Source of the DNA: a virus
Virus record (IMG/VR): IMGVR_UViG_3300045988_173832
DNA length: 64,000 nt
Strand: one strand, 5' to 3'
Position numbers and translations under genes: made by a program. The notes under the pieces were generated by a model that saw only the letters and a list, made by a program, of their open reading frames with translations, did no database searches and was not told where the DNA came from. Shown here piece after piece: positions 50,861 to 61,900 of this stretch (position 1 is the stretch's first letter; each line of letters starts with the position of its first letter).

Positions 50861-51082
50861 ATGAATCTTAAGAAGATAGGGCCAGTTGTAGCAATTTTGG
50901 CCGTAGTACTTGTAATCGCAATTGTAGTTATCGCAAACTGGACCACCTGGCTTTCAGCTTTAGGTGACTTCGCTGGTGAGCAGGTTGGTCTTGATGGACT
51001 TGGCACTGCTGTTATCGGTGATGCAACAGGTAGAGATGGCGCGCAGGGTAATGGTAATGGCGGAGGCGCACAGGTTCCGTAA
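50861..51082 (+). CDS. Flp-type pilin-like small protein (73 aa, one hydrophobic helix, Gly-rich tail)
   Basis: AAGGAGG RBS; position after TadC; no canonical G/xxxxEY motif. Confidence 0.4.
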   Translation: MNLKKIGPVVAILAVVLVIAIVVIANWTTWLSALGDFAGEQVGLDGLGTAVIGDATGRDGAQGNGNGGGAQVP

Positions 51083-51155
51083 TTACTAAATTGACACTCA
51101 TAGAGAGGGAGTCCTAGCTCCCTCCAACTATTGATTAAAGATAAAGGAGAAAAAT

Positions 51156-51791
51156 ATGCATAGATTCACATGGGTGGCCAAGGGGCTCTTAGGGTTCATT
51201 TTAGCAGTTATTGCATTTGATATAATTATGCTCTGCTATTCATTTAGCGTTGTATCAAGCGCAATGGATGATACTTTGGACACAATAGCTGCAATGGTTG
51301 CAGAGGAGAATTGTCTTGACAAGGGTTTGGATAGCGGAAAAGCAATTAAAACTACTATTGACCCAAAAGTCACAATATCTAAAGACTCTAAGATATACTC
51401 AGCGCTCTCTGTTATGGTTGAAAATGCACCAATCTGGCTAACATACAATCAAAATGGCATGTCCGAGCTTAAAGATGGTAGCAATTGGATTCCTAAGAAC
51501 CCAACTAATACACAAATAACAGTACTTCAGGGTAAACCTGATGATGCAATTAAGAATATCGATGTTAGTTGCTTAACACTAAATGGAACATCTATCAACA
51601 GTGATATTACATATTTCAGTTATGAGAATTGTCCACAAAGAGGTACCCCTATAACAGTTGAGCTAACTGGATACTGGACGATACAGGTGCTTCCTCATTT
51701 CGGGAATGGCGCACCTTGGGATGGTTCTGTAAATTTTCAGATTAAGCGTTCTGTTACTGTAGTCGGTACAAAATTTTATAAAGGTAAGTGA
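51156..51791 (+). CDS. TadE-like pseudopilin candidate (N-terminal TM)
   Basis: Context and N-terminal hydrophobic helix. Confidence 0.4.
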   Translation: MHRFTWVAKGLLGFILAVIAFDIIMLCYSFSVVSSAMDDTLDTIAAMVAEENCLDKGLDSGKAIKTTIDPKVTISKDSKIYSALSVMVENAPIWLTYNQNGMSELKDGSNWIPKNPTNTQITVLQGKPDDAIKNIDVSCLTLNGTSINSDITYFSYENCPQRGTPITVELTGYWTIQVLPHFGNGAPWDGSVNFQIKRSVTVVGTKFYKGK

Positions 51792-51795
51792 TAGT

Positions 51796-52707
51796 ATGTA
51801 TCTGAAGAAAATAGCTTTAGCAGTTCTTGGATTTTTCATTTTAAGTTTTGCATCAGGATTTATCATTTGGTGCAATGATTTGACAAAACATGAGTCAGAT
51901 CTTCAAACATACATCCGTTTAGCAGTTAAAGATGCTATCATAAATGTACAAACAACTGAGCAGGAAGGCTTAAACTTTACAGTAGCAAATGCAAGAGCAA
52001 GCCAGGAAAAATATGAGACATATCTTGCGGATTTAAAATCATCAGCAGGGAAGAATCCTGCAGTTGATGAAACTCTTAAAACTATTAGAACATTCTTAAA
52101 CAATAACAACGAAGCCTTGCGGAGTACTAAAATAGATGGCGAAGGGTTATTCCGTCCTATACAATTTGGAATGACATATCTTGATAAGGAGTTATTTGAG
52201 GAATCATTTAAAAAATCCTTATCAAATCTTATTGAGGTAAATTATAACTCTGATCATAACATTTCAAAGAGTTTCACATGCTATGATGCTTTACATGTGT
52301 ACACAGAGACAATTAACTTTAATATTGATGGCCCTTATGTTGTTCCTTTAACAGATACAGATGACAAGACTAAACAGTTCTTACGCCAGCTTTATGGAAT
52401 AGACAAAGCAAGTGAATATATCTCAGGATATAATGATGCCTTGGGTGCAGATAGTGCAAGTTTGGGTATTTCAACTAATACTGTTCCTGATTTTTATGTG
52501 TATTATGACATCACTGTTGATGTGCCCTGGGGATCTTCAACAGCATTTCCTTTCCTGAGTAAGTCTGTTTGGGATAATAAAGGGTTTAAGAATATAGAAT
52601 ATTCTGATCCTGCAAATCAAGATGTTACAGACGCTCAGCGTTTTATTCGTTGGCATAGTGATAGCACTGTCGAGACATATACGTATCGCTATGTATTATT
52701 AAATTAA
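51796..52707 (+). CDS. TadE/TadG-like exported protein (N-terminal TM)
   Basis: Context. Confidence 0.4.
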   Translation: MYLKKIALAVLGFFILSFASGFIIWCNDLTKHESDLQTYIRLAVKDAIINVQTTEQEGLNFTVANARASQEKYETYLADLKSSAGKNPAVDETLKTIRTFLNNNNEALRSTKIDGEGLFRPIQFGMTYLDKELFEESFKKSLSNLIEVNYNSDHNISKSFTCYDALHVYTETINFNIDGPYVVPLTDTDDKTKQFLRQLYGIDKASEYISGYNDALGADSASLGISTNTVPDFYVYYDITVDVPWGSSTAFPFLSKSVWDNKGFKNIEYSDPANQDVTDAQRFIRWHSDSTVETYTYRYVLLN

Positions 52708-52724
52708 TTCATGAGGTTTAGCAG

Positions 52725-54251
52725 ATGTTAAATGTAATTCTAACAAACAAACCAAACAAACGTGACCTCTTAGACAGGTTTATTCGATCAAGAGGAATTT
52801 CAAATTTTATCATCATCACAGAGGCTGCAGATATTGGGAGTATTCTCAGTGATATTATGATTACTAGCGATTCGACTTTTAATCTCCATATTTTTGACTA
52901 TTACGGAGACCTTTCGATAGTTAATACAATTCGTGATTACAGAGATCAGATTAATCTTCTTCGTGTATACGTAGCATCTATTGAGGATTCACATGCATAT
53001 CTGACTTTAACAGAAGATGTGTTTATAATGCCGAATGTATTTGATATTCTTATGTACTTTTGGGATTCAGATGCTTGTCGAGCTAAGAATGTTGCTGCGT
53101 TTGACTTGATGCATATTGACTTCTTCAAAGTAAACATTCCTGACTCACTTGGTAGAACAGATCAGTTAGCAATTAATATAAACACGCAGCAGATTCCTTT
53201 GAAGTACAAGACAGCAAGTGGATCGATTGTAGAAACACAGGGACCACAGCTTGTAGTTTCTTGTAAAGCAAAGTCAAAAGAGATTAAATCAATCTTTGAT
53301 ACAAGAAATCAAGAGGAAGTCTATAGTCACCGAGTAAGAGATCTATCTGACCTTCCAACAGACATTGTGGAAGATCCAGTTCCTAAGAAAGAACAGGAAA
53401 TTGTCATCACTAAAGAGCCCAAACCTGTCAAAGTCAAAGAAACTAAACCAGTTAAAGTTAAAGAGCCTAAGTCTATTAAGGAAAAACAGATTAAGCAGGC
53501 ACAACCGGAGAAAGGAAGCTCAGACAAACATGATAATGGTTTCTCTGCTTTCTTTAAGAAGTTCAAGTTCAAGGAAGATGAACATGTTACAGAACCTTTA
53601 GCAGTTGAGGAAGAACCTGTTGCAACGCCAGAGCCAGAACCAATTCAGGAACAGATACCAATACCAGAGGAGCAGAAGTCCGCAGAGTCTATACCAACTC
53701 CACAACCAGAGGAATCAAAGTCAAAGCCAGAACTAAAACCTTTTGTTACTTTCTCTGGTGTGAAGGGTGGTACAGAAGTAGCGACTGGTCGTGCACCTAC
53801 ACGCAGATACACACTATCAGAGGTGTATGCATCAATATCGCAGTATTGCATTGAGAAGAAATATATTTCTGCTGAGGATGGTGTATCTTTACAGAAGGAA
53901 GTTGCTAATAAGCCTTCAAGAGATGCACTGTTTGGTAATCTTGCATTAGAACGTGGTCTGATTACAGAAGAGCAGCTGATAGATGCAGTAACACAGGTAA
54001 ACCATGTAGAGATTCTTACATGGGAAAAAATATCTGCAATGGAGCTCGATTTCACATACTTTAACAGTGACAAGTGCAAGGAGTTCAAGTTCTTTAAACT
54101 TAAAGATGCTCAGCCTAATGATACAGCACAAATAGTTTGTGCTTTCTCTCTATCTAGTATACATCCAGAGGTTAGACGTTTATTCGATAATCCACGAATT
54201 TTGTATACGCTCGATTCCTACATCACACGTAAGTTAGGAGAAACTTCATGA
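52725..54251 (+). CDS. pilus-module accessory protein with Pro/Glu/Lys-rich linker and C-terminal GspE_N/MshEN-like domain (..ERGLITEEQLIDAVTQ..)
   Basis: Motif resemblance to T2SSE_N; KPVKVKE repeats. Confidence 0.4.
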   Translation: MLNVILTNKPNKRDLLDRFIRSRGISNFIIITEAADIGSILSDIMITSDSTFNLHIFDYYGDLSIVNTIRDYRDQINLLRVYVASIEDSHAYLTLTEDVFIMPNVFDILMYFWDSDACRAKNVAAFDLMHIDFFKVNIPDSLGRTDQLAININTQQIPLKYKTASGSIVETQGPQLVVSCKAKSKEIKSIFDTRNQEEVYSHRVRDLSDLPTDIVEDPVPKKEQEIVITKEPKPVKVKETKPVKVKEPKSIKEKQIKQAQPEKGSSDKHDNGFSAFFKKFKFKEDEHVTEPLAVEEEPVATPEPEPIQEQIPIPEEQKSAESIPTPQPEESKSKPELKPFVTFSGVKGGTEVATGRAPTRRYTLSEVYASISQYCIEKKYISAEDGVSLQKEVANKPSRDALFGNLALERGLITEEQLIDAVTQVNHVEILTWEKISAMELDFTYFNSDKCKEFKFFKLKDAQPNDTAQIVCAFSLSSIHPEVRRLFDNPRILYTLDSYITRKLGETS

Positions 54252-55618
54252 TAGGTGTTGTATTGACAAAACGTCGAGAAGAGTTCTATAAACTTGCATC
54301 TAAGTATGCATTACAGTTCGAGGAAATATTTGATATCTCTGATACTGAAACTTTATGTTCCTATGAGAAAATTTATACTGATGGTCCTGCTATTCCTGCA
54401 GGGCCATTTTTGGTTAAGGATATATCTTCAGTTGATCTTAGAACAATTTTTATAGAATCGCCATTGATAGATGCTGAAGTTTTGTTAAAACAGGCATATC
54501 TTAGATATACTTTTGAAAAGTTTCAAGATGCTATACGGGTTGAGCCATTATCATTCTCTTGTACCTTTGAGGAGCCTTCTATTGTTGATGAATCTACTCA
54601 AGTTAAGATAAAACCGGTTATACTTGATAAAGTACAAGCAAATCCTGTTATAGATAAACCTGTTTTTGAAAAAGAACCTACAGTTGACTTTCAAGACATC
54701 TTTAACAGCGGTGAACCTGAACCTGAACCAGTACAAGAACGTGAGCAAGAGTCAACATTCATAAACGAGCCTCCATCATCAAAAGTATATCCTACAGACT
54801 TGTTTGTACAAAAACCAAAGCAGACGCAGCCTGTCAGAAGAACTTCATTGCAACCTGGATCAATTCGAGTACGTGGATTCACACAAAGAAAAAAGATATT
54901 CCAGGTTCCTGTTTTCACATTTAACAGTTTAACAGATAAAACTGGCACAACAACTCTCACAGCAGCTTTAGCAGTGGCAATGGCAATCCAGCAACCTTCT
55001 GCAAAGATATTGTACTTGGATTTGGATATGTCAAATCCAAATTATCTTTTGGAAATGTGGAATCGTAATCCAGGAACAGATGCTAGTGTTAAAACAATTG
55101 CAGGTTTAGCAGAGGCTGATTTTGAGCAGAACATTTCTCTGTTATCGGAAACTATTTCTGTTTCACAAGCAGTATTTTCATTAATTACTTGGGGACAGAC
55201 CACTTTCGTTGAAAAGAGAATATTAGCAGCACAGGATTTCAATTTATTCATAAACATTATCTACAATAGCTTTGACCTCATTCTTGTAGATATGGGAAAG
55301 CTCCAGTCAACTCTTGATTATCAGATGAAAATGCTCATGTCAACATCAACAAAGCATTTCATTATTGCAGATGGTTCAACATCTCGTAATGTGAGTACAT
55401 TCATTCAGTTAGCCAGTCAGTTACCTTATAATTTTGAAGTAATTATAAATAAGAACGTGCCTCAATCAGGATCTTTTGCAATTACACAACAATTAAGACA
55501 AAATCCTATTGCTACTGTAGGATATTATAGAAATATTGATAGAATTCTCACTGATCAGTTACCTATGCAGGGGACTGCGCTGTTCACTGAATTGTGTGAG
55601 TTAGGAGGTAAACTCTGA
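54248..55618 (+). CDS. second TadZ/CpaE-like ParA/MinD-family protein (deviant P-loop KTGTTT)
   Basis: FTFNSLTDKTGTTTLTAALAVAMA. Confidence 0.45.
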   Translation: MIGVVLTKRREEFYKLASKYALQFEEIFDISDTETLCSYEKIYTDGPAIPAGPFLVKDISSVDLRTIFIESPLIDAEVLLKQAYLRYTFEKFQDAIRVEPLSFSCTFEEPSIVDESTQVKIKPVILDKVQANPVIDKPVFEKEPTVDFQDIFNSGEPEPEPVQEREQESTFINEPPSSKVYPTDLFVQKPKQTQPVRRTSLQPGSIRVRGFTQRKKIFQVPVFTFNSLTDKTGTTTLTAALAVAMAIQQPSAKILYLDLDMSNPNYLLEMWNRNPGTDASVKTIAGLAEADFEQNISLLSETISVSQAVFSLITWGQTTFVEKRILAAQDFNLFINIIYNSFDLILVDMGKLQSTLDYQMKMLMSTSTKHFIIADGSTSRNVSTFIQLASQLPYNFEVIINKNVPQSGSFAITQQLRQNPIATVGYYRNIDRILTDQLPMQGTALFTELCELGGKL

Positions 55619-56409
55619 TGAACTTAGAAGAACGCATGCGTGAATCAGCACAGCGAGCAACAGCACCAAGACCAGGAGAAGACTACAGCGCATTGAAAGA
55701 CCCTAATATAGTATCTATGCTTCGAAACGCCATTAAAGAATCAGAGCCAGAGGATGCTAAATCGTCAGATATAGATGAGCCTGAAGATATGACGCTTGAT
55801 GATGAGGACGAAGTATTAGATATGCATGCCATGGCTAACAAAATTGCACCTGCTGTTGGCGTATCAGTAACAGGCAAGACAGAAAGTAGTATGCCTGCGA
55901 CAACACCTTTAGCAGAAGATAAAAATAGCTCAATGTCAGATTTGGATGATCTGTCGCTGGATAAAAAGGATGAAGATACAGATGAGCCCCAGAACAATAA
56001 GTTAAAGTTTATTATTGCAGGTATAGTTTTTATAATCATCTTGGCTATTGTAATAATTTTTAAGATAAAATCTTCTTCTGAACAGCAAAATTCTTCAACA
56101 CAGTCAACTAGCACAACTCAGCAAATTGAATCCAACATACATAAGTATTCAAATGATACTTTAGCGGTGACAGATAGTCAGACATATCAGGATTCAATGA
56201 CAATCAGCAAGTACATTGAGATTATAGACGATGCTTGTTTATTTGTGTTTGAAGGATACGCAGAAAATGCTAGGGCATTTGTTAAAGCTTATGTAGATAT
56301 TGATACTTACAATACCTACAAGGTTGGAGCACGTGTACCTATCATATATAACCGAATAACAATCGGTAATAAAGATTATTATATGAAAGTGAGGTTGAAC
56401 ATTTCATGA
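55618..56409 (+). CDS. acidic bitopic membrane protein
   Basis: ORF track; Asp/Glu-rich N-terminus, one TM. Confidence 0.4.
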   Translation: MNLEERMRESAQRATAPRPGEDYSALKDPNIVSMLRNAIKESEPEDAKSSDIDEPEDMTLDDEDEVLDMHAMANKIAPAVGVSVTGKTESSMPATTPLAEDKNSSMSDLDDLSLDKKDEDTDEPQNNKLKFIIAGIVFIIILAIVIIFKIKSSSEQQNSSTQSTSTTQQIESNIHKYSNDTLAVTDSQTYQDSMTISKYIEIIDDACLFVFEGYAENARAFVKAYVDIDTYNTYKVGARVPIIYNRITIGNKDYYMKVRLNIS

Positions 56410-57050
56410 GAACGAAAAAGAAGATGTATGTCTTCAGTTTGTTTGCATGCTTCATGTGTTGGATTGGTTTGTTTAGCACATCTGTTTTAGCAGCAAATAA
56501 CTTAGTGCCTTATGATGATACATCGCAGAGCTCATCAGTAACAGCTGTTACTGCTAGCACACCAGAAGACTCTGTAAAGGAGCCGCATGATTATGCTGGC
56601 GAGATTTTCCAGGATGTTAAGTATTCAGAGGATCCAGCTGTTACTGGTGCAGTAAGTTCTGTAGCAAAGGTGCTTAGCTGGATAATTACATTTGTTATTG
56701 GCGTTGTCCCATATGTTATGGGCATTTTGATGGTTATTGATATTGTTTGTTTACTTATCAAACAGGTCAATGTCCTTTTAGCAGGTTTGCCTATTCAGTT
56801 ATACTCTGATACTGTTATAGAAATCAACGGTATTCAGTTCGTGGGAACAGGTGAAGGTAACAAAGGCACAACCAATGTTGAGAAAAAGGACCTTAAGGGT
56901 CAGTCAAAGTTTTTGTATTACATAAAATCAAAATTCTTTGATATTCTGATAGCAGTAACATTGTTCTTGCTACTACACACGGGCATTCTCTTCAATGTGA
57001 TATTCTGGATTGCAAACAGGATTGTAGGATGGATTGATGGTCTTATATGA
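56406..57050 (+). CDS. polytopic membrane protein (signal + 3-4 TM)
   Basis: ORF track. Confidence 0.45.
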   Translation: MRTKKKMYVFSLFACFMCWIGLFSTSVLAANNLVPYDDTSQSSSVTAVTASTPEDSVKEPHDYAGEIFQDVKYSEDPAVTGAVSSVAKVLSWIITFVIGVVPYVMGILMVIDIVCLLIKQVNVLLAGLPIQLYSDTVIEINGIQFVGTGEGNKGTTNVEKKDLKGQSKFLYYIKSKFFDILIAVTLFLLLHTGILFNVIFWIANRIVGWIDGLI

Positions 57051-57361
57051 TTAAAGCAATTATACGTATTTTTGCTGCAATTAAATGTTCATTGCAGGAA
57101 AAGAATCGCCAATCAAGACAGTTTCAGCAGAAGCAACGTGAGGTGTATAACGAAAGCCTGATAGAAGTAAAACTGATGCAGCAATTGCAGTATATCGTAG
57201 ATGAAATGATAAACGATCCTACTATCGAAACTATTAGAATACGTTTCGCTCAGTCTGCATTGCCTTTTGTTGAAGATGCTTTCGCTCACACTCCTCTGAG
57301 GGTTACAGAATGCGCAGAAGAGACAGAATTTATTATCAGTTGCGACGAGGAATTGTTATAA
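57047..57361 (+). CDS. hypothetical protein (104 aa)
   Basis: ORF track. Confidence 0.3.
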   Translation: MIKAIIRIFAAIKCSLQEKNRQSRQFQQKQREVYNESLIEVKLMQQLQYIVDEMINDPTIETIRIRFAQSALPFVEDAFAHTPLRVTECAEETEFIISCDEELL

Positions 57362-57855
57362 TCCTCGTCATTTTTAGTTGCATAGCCTGCACGCCTTTAG
57401 CAGGTTATGCAACAAGCTCTCTGGATACAAAGAATGGATATTCTATTGGCAGAAATGATAACTTAACAAATGTTGTACCACAAACAACATCAAAACCAGG
57501 AGTAATTAATTCAGATGACTCTGAATTGATAGACCCTGTTAAGTCTAAAGAGGCGATAGATACAGAATCATTCAATAATGATTTTATCGATACTGCTATT
57601 TATATCATTGGAGGTTTAGCAGGTATTACGATGATGCTTCAGATCGCAGCATTTTGCTTTACAAAAGTCTATCCATCAACAAATCGCTTTTTTGAGAAAT
57701 TAAAATTCATAGGTATTGATGGTTACGATAGAGGATTTGTTGTGCCAACAATCAAAATTTTACTTTTGGGAATACTATCATTTTTCTGTATCTCAGGACT
57801 ACTAAAACAAATCATTGCCTATATCTTAGGCTGGTTTGTAATCACATTTGGATAA
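57310..57855 (+). CDS. membrane protein (181 aa)
   Basis: ORF track. Confidence 0.4.
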   Translation: MRRRDRIYYQLRRGIVIILVIFSCIACTPLAGYATSSLDTKNGYSIGRNDNLTNVVPQTTSKPGVINSDDSELIDPVKSKEAIDTESFNNDFIDTAIYIIGGLAGITMMLQIAAFCFTKVYPSTNRFFEKLKFIGIDGYDRGFVVPTIKILLLGILSFFCISGLLKQIIAYILGWFVITFG

Positions 57856-58948
57856 GGAGGTTTATATGCAAACAAAGATAAATAAATGGATGTGCGTTGA
57901 TAAGCAAACGCACATTTTTCGTGCTTTAGTATCATTGCTTATTGTAACAATGATGTTTTTATCACAGGCGTCTTTAGCAGTGACAACATATGCAGCAACA
58001 TCAGTTAGCTTTGATGACTATGCAACTTTTCTTGCCTATGATCAAGCAAGAAACAGTATAGATCCAAAGTCTGGTACTACAGAGAATAAAGACTTTGCTT
58101 TAGCAGATACAGATGCAATAGAAGACACCACAACGGACAATATTCCTAGCGTTTGGGGACTTATTGCTAATGTCGCTGATGCAAAAGCTGCCGGCAAGAT
58201 TGATTCAGTAAAGCAGCCTGTTCTGACAAAACTTTCAGCAACAGCACAGCGTATTACATCAAGTACAACACAAGCCAAGTTTACAGAGCAGGTTAAGGCA
58301 GTTTATGCTGCAGCTGGGGGTAAAATAAAAATCCATACTGGCACGGGTGCCTATGAAGCAGGGGACTCTAATTATGCATCGAAATTGCGTACAGCTGTAG
58401 GCAACTTCAATGCAGCTCAAGCAAGTAGTGCAGCAACGGATGTTTTTGAGTCTATATATGGGGCAGAGAACTGGCATCCTGATACAGGACTTGCTACAGA
58501 GGCAATGGCAGTTATCTATTCTGTTGTAAATGTCATCTTTACAGTTGTTGCACAGATCATTATGTGGTTCTTCATGGCACAATCAGCATTTGATTTATTC
58601 TATATCTCATTTGAGCCTATTAGACCCTTCATTGGTCCAAAGGGTAGCGGAGAGAGTAGAGCTAACAACAATGGCGGCGGAGGATTTTGGGATAAGTTTT
58701 GTATTCCGATCTGCTCTAATGCTGCAGTTGAAGCCGCAAATGGAAGCAGCAAGGGTGGCATGGATGGTGGAGCTAGCACAAACTCCAGTAAAGCTGCTAT
58801 CAACTACATAATTAAACGTGCACCATTACTGATAACAATTGCAATTTACTTTATTCTTTCAGTAATGGGTTACTGGACAAAGGTTATTGGTTGGGTAGCA
58901 GATTTTGTTATCAGAATCTTTAACTTTATTTTATCTATCGGCGGATAA
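57848..58948 (+). CDS. exported membrane protein with Gly-rich segment (366 aa)
   Basis: Signal peptide, C-terminal TM helices. Confidence 0.45.
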   Translation: MDKEVYMQTKINKWMCVDKQTHIFRALVSLLIVTMMFLSQASLAVTTYAATSVSFDDYATFLAYDQARNSIDPKSGTTENKDFALADTDAIEDTTTDNIPSVWGLIANVADAKAAGKIDSVKQPVLTKLSATAQRITSSTTQAKFTEQVKAVYAAAGGKIKIHTGTGAYEAGDSNYASKLRTAVGNFNAAQASSAATDVFESIYGAENWHPDTGLATEAMAVIYSVVNVIFTVVAQIIMWFFMAQSAFDLFYISFEPIRPFIGPKGSGESRANNNGGGGFWDKFCIPICSNAAVEAANGSSKGGMDGGASTNSSKAAINYIIKRAPLLITIAIYFILSVMGYWTKVIGWVADFVIRIFNFILSIGG

Positions 58949-58980
58949 TCATGTATGTGTCCGCCATATGGGGGACATAT

Positions 58981-61900
58981 ATGAAAAAAGTCATAGCAAC
59001 AATCATGGCTGCGGCAGTTATGCTGTCGCAGCTTTCTTTACTCGTCAAGGCAACAGATGGTAATCCTTTAGCAGTATCAAATAGAGTGACTGCAGACATT
59101 AATGAACTTAGACAGCGCGAAGAGGATATCAAAAATCAACGTGCTGCGCAAAAAGCAGCCTCAAGAGCCCTAATTAACTACGGAAAAACTACGGGAAAGA
59201 CAAATGATCTCTCGTTTTATATAAATCGTAAAAATCTGACTAAACGCGAATTCGAAGCATTCAAGTGGTCATTTATATTTAGTCAGTTTGCACATCCTTT
59301 AGAAGATTCTTTATTAAATGTTTTTGATCAGGATTTCTTTCAAGAATTGTCTAAGGCTGATCTTGATATTGATTCAGTTAGAACGACGATTTTGAATAGT
59401 GGCTTAGTAGCAGATTCTGATGATATCAAAGCTAGCTCGATGGATACAGATCTTCAGGCAATGATGTTGCAAGATGTGAATTTTAATGAATTAGCTGAAG
59501 TTATAAAGTCTAATTATGCTATATACCCATTAGTAGACTCAAATGGAACACCTGCAAGCCTGGATTCTTTTATATCAGGGGATCTCGGTCTTTATGAGCC
59601 TTTCTTTATCTATGACACCCATGGAACTGCTGATAGTGTTAATGAACTTAATGCACTTTTATATTCCAAGGATAAACTGACCGACCTGGATAAGAATTAT
59701 GGAGATAAATGGACTCTTACAGGGTTTACAACAGATGATTCTGCAGAACCCTATAAAGTGCCTGTATTATTTTATGACAGTAATACATTTTTAGCTATGC
59801 AGATGGCAATGACAATCTACATGACAAATAATGATTACAGTTCTCTGACAGAAGCGGTGGCATTTCTTGGTGCGCAAACTTTAGCAGTAGATTCTTATGG
59901 TAATATTTGCTTACAGAAGCAATCAGGCGACGCTGTTATATTTATCCCCAACTTTTATAATACAGTATTAACATCAGTGTTATGCGAGATAGATGGCGGT
60001 GAGAAGACTAAACAGGCTTTGCGTGAGACAATGGATTTGTTTAATGTTTGGTTTGTTGCATTGTATTCAAAAAACACTAGAACTCGTACAACTATTTATC
60101 CAGCTGTTTATACAACACATGTAAATGGTAGTACATCAAAAATCGTAAACCCAGATACTGGCGAAATTGAAGAAAAGGCAACAGAAGTCTTAGCAGACCA
60201 TTATGCACAACTAATAGGAGGTACAAGTCACTCATTATCTCGAAAGTTTCTGTTGGTAGAAAACTCAATCATATCTCCAGGAGAACAGCAAACTCAGGCT
60301 GTAGTGGATAGTGCTATAGATAATAAAGATGATGAAACTGCATTAGCATTTTCTCATGCAGCAAAAATGATAGCAGAAAAAACATTGAGTGAGTATATAG
60401 ATTCTTGGTTTCCTGGAAACATGAGTTCACGTCCAAAATCTGACGCATCAAATGTTGGTACTCTCGTTTCACCTTATAACACACATGCTTCAGCATTTAT
60501 GCCATTTACTGCAAATGACTCGAGTAAACCAACATACTTTGAGAATAAGTATCCACTTGCACAAGCACAAGTTGCCTTTAAGGAAAAAGATGTAATAAGC
60601 TCTGATGCAGCAAGTGCAACAAACTTTAGCAGGTTTGCAGCTATACTTGAAAATGCAAAATGGAAGTATATACTCTCTCCGAGAAGAGGAAGCTATAGTA
60701 CTCATAGTATACAGAGCTCCATGCATGCAGCATACAACGATAGTTCAAATATGATGGCTATTAATCCAACTGTTTCATTGATGACATCACTTCCAGCAGA
60801 GCAACTCATTCCAGACTTAAGATTTGTTAGTGCAAAGAAGAGCGAGCAATCAACAGGAGCTAGAACAGTAATATTTTTGCCAAAAGAAATACTTGACTTA
60901 GGACAGACCATGTCTGCATATACTCTATCAGATGAGAAAGGAATGTTCTTGTCTCAATATGAGGTTTATTTCTCGGGAGATATAGAAAGATTTCGAGAGT
61001 ATATGCTGGGAACATATAATCAAGTTCTAGGTACAGATTCAGGCCGATTCTTGACAGTAGATTATGATAGTGGAGTGCTCAAGGTGAAATCACTAGCGAC
61101 CTTTAACAGAACCTATCTCACTGAAGACACTGAATTTACACTATCTTGGAGCACTAATAAATATACTAGTACAGATTTTTTCGATTATGTTCATTACAGT
61201 ATTAAAGATGAGTATAAAAGCGGTCATTACAATGAGGGAGCACGATATGTTTATGAGGTCTTGAAGGAAAAAAAGGACGAAGATGGTAATACATATTATG
61301 AAAATTATGATCCTACAAAATACACCGTTAGTAGTGATGAGAAGTCCGGAGACAAGTACAGTTTTATTGCCGCTTATTATTATGATTCTGATATTATTGA
61401 TCCGGGCATATCTACTGGTTCATGTAGCGAGATTCCAACACCAGATTACAAGTTGAAAAATGATAGTGCAGACGCTAAAATGAAAGCAGGAGCTCAAGCC
61501 TTATGGGCAGCAGGTGCTGCTATTGCAGGTATGTCAAAAGATGCAGAATATGGTAGTACTGAAGGATTTCAGAAGCTCTTAGCAGATGTGTGTGCATCAT
61601 GTGGCTTTAACACAGACGAATTCTATTACATGCTCGTAAACATCTATAGATTCAATGGAAAAGATAATGGTACATTTGGAATAAACAGTGTTTATTTCTA
61701 TGATGAATATACTTGTCTATTGCGTAATGGTGCAACAGCATTTTCTGATATTGATTGTGAGAACTCTGATGACTTTGTGCAAACAACTTATTACTGGGAT
61801 AGATATTATTTAACTAAACAGCAGCTTTCTCAGGATGTTTCAGATTATGTAAACAAGCAGTATGAGTCTATAGATTCTTTAGTAAGTGATTATGAAAATT

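Noticed and set aside
51091-51125. TTGACA plus hairpin gagggag-N6-ctccctc after the pilin-like gene
   Set aside because: There is no matching -10 and no U-tract. It may be a weak attenuator; not called.
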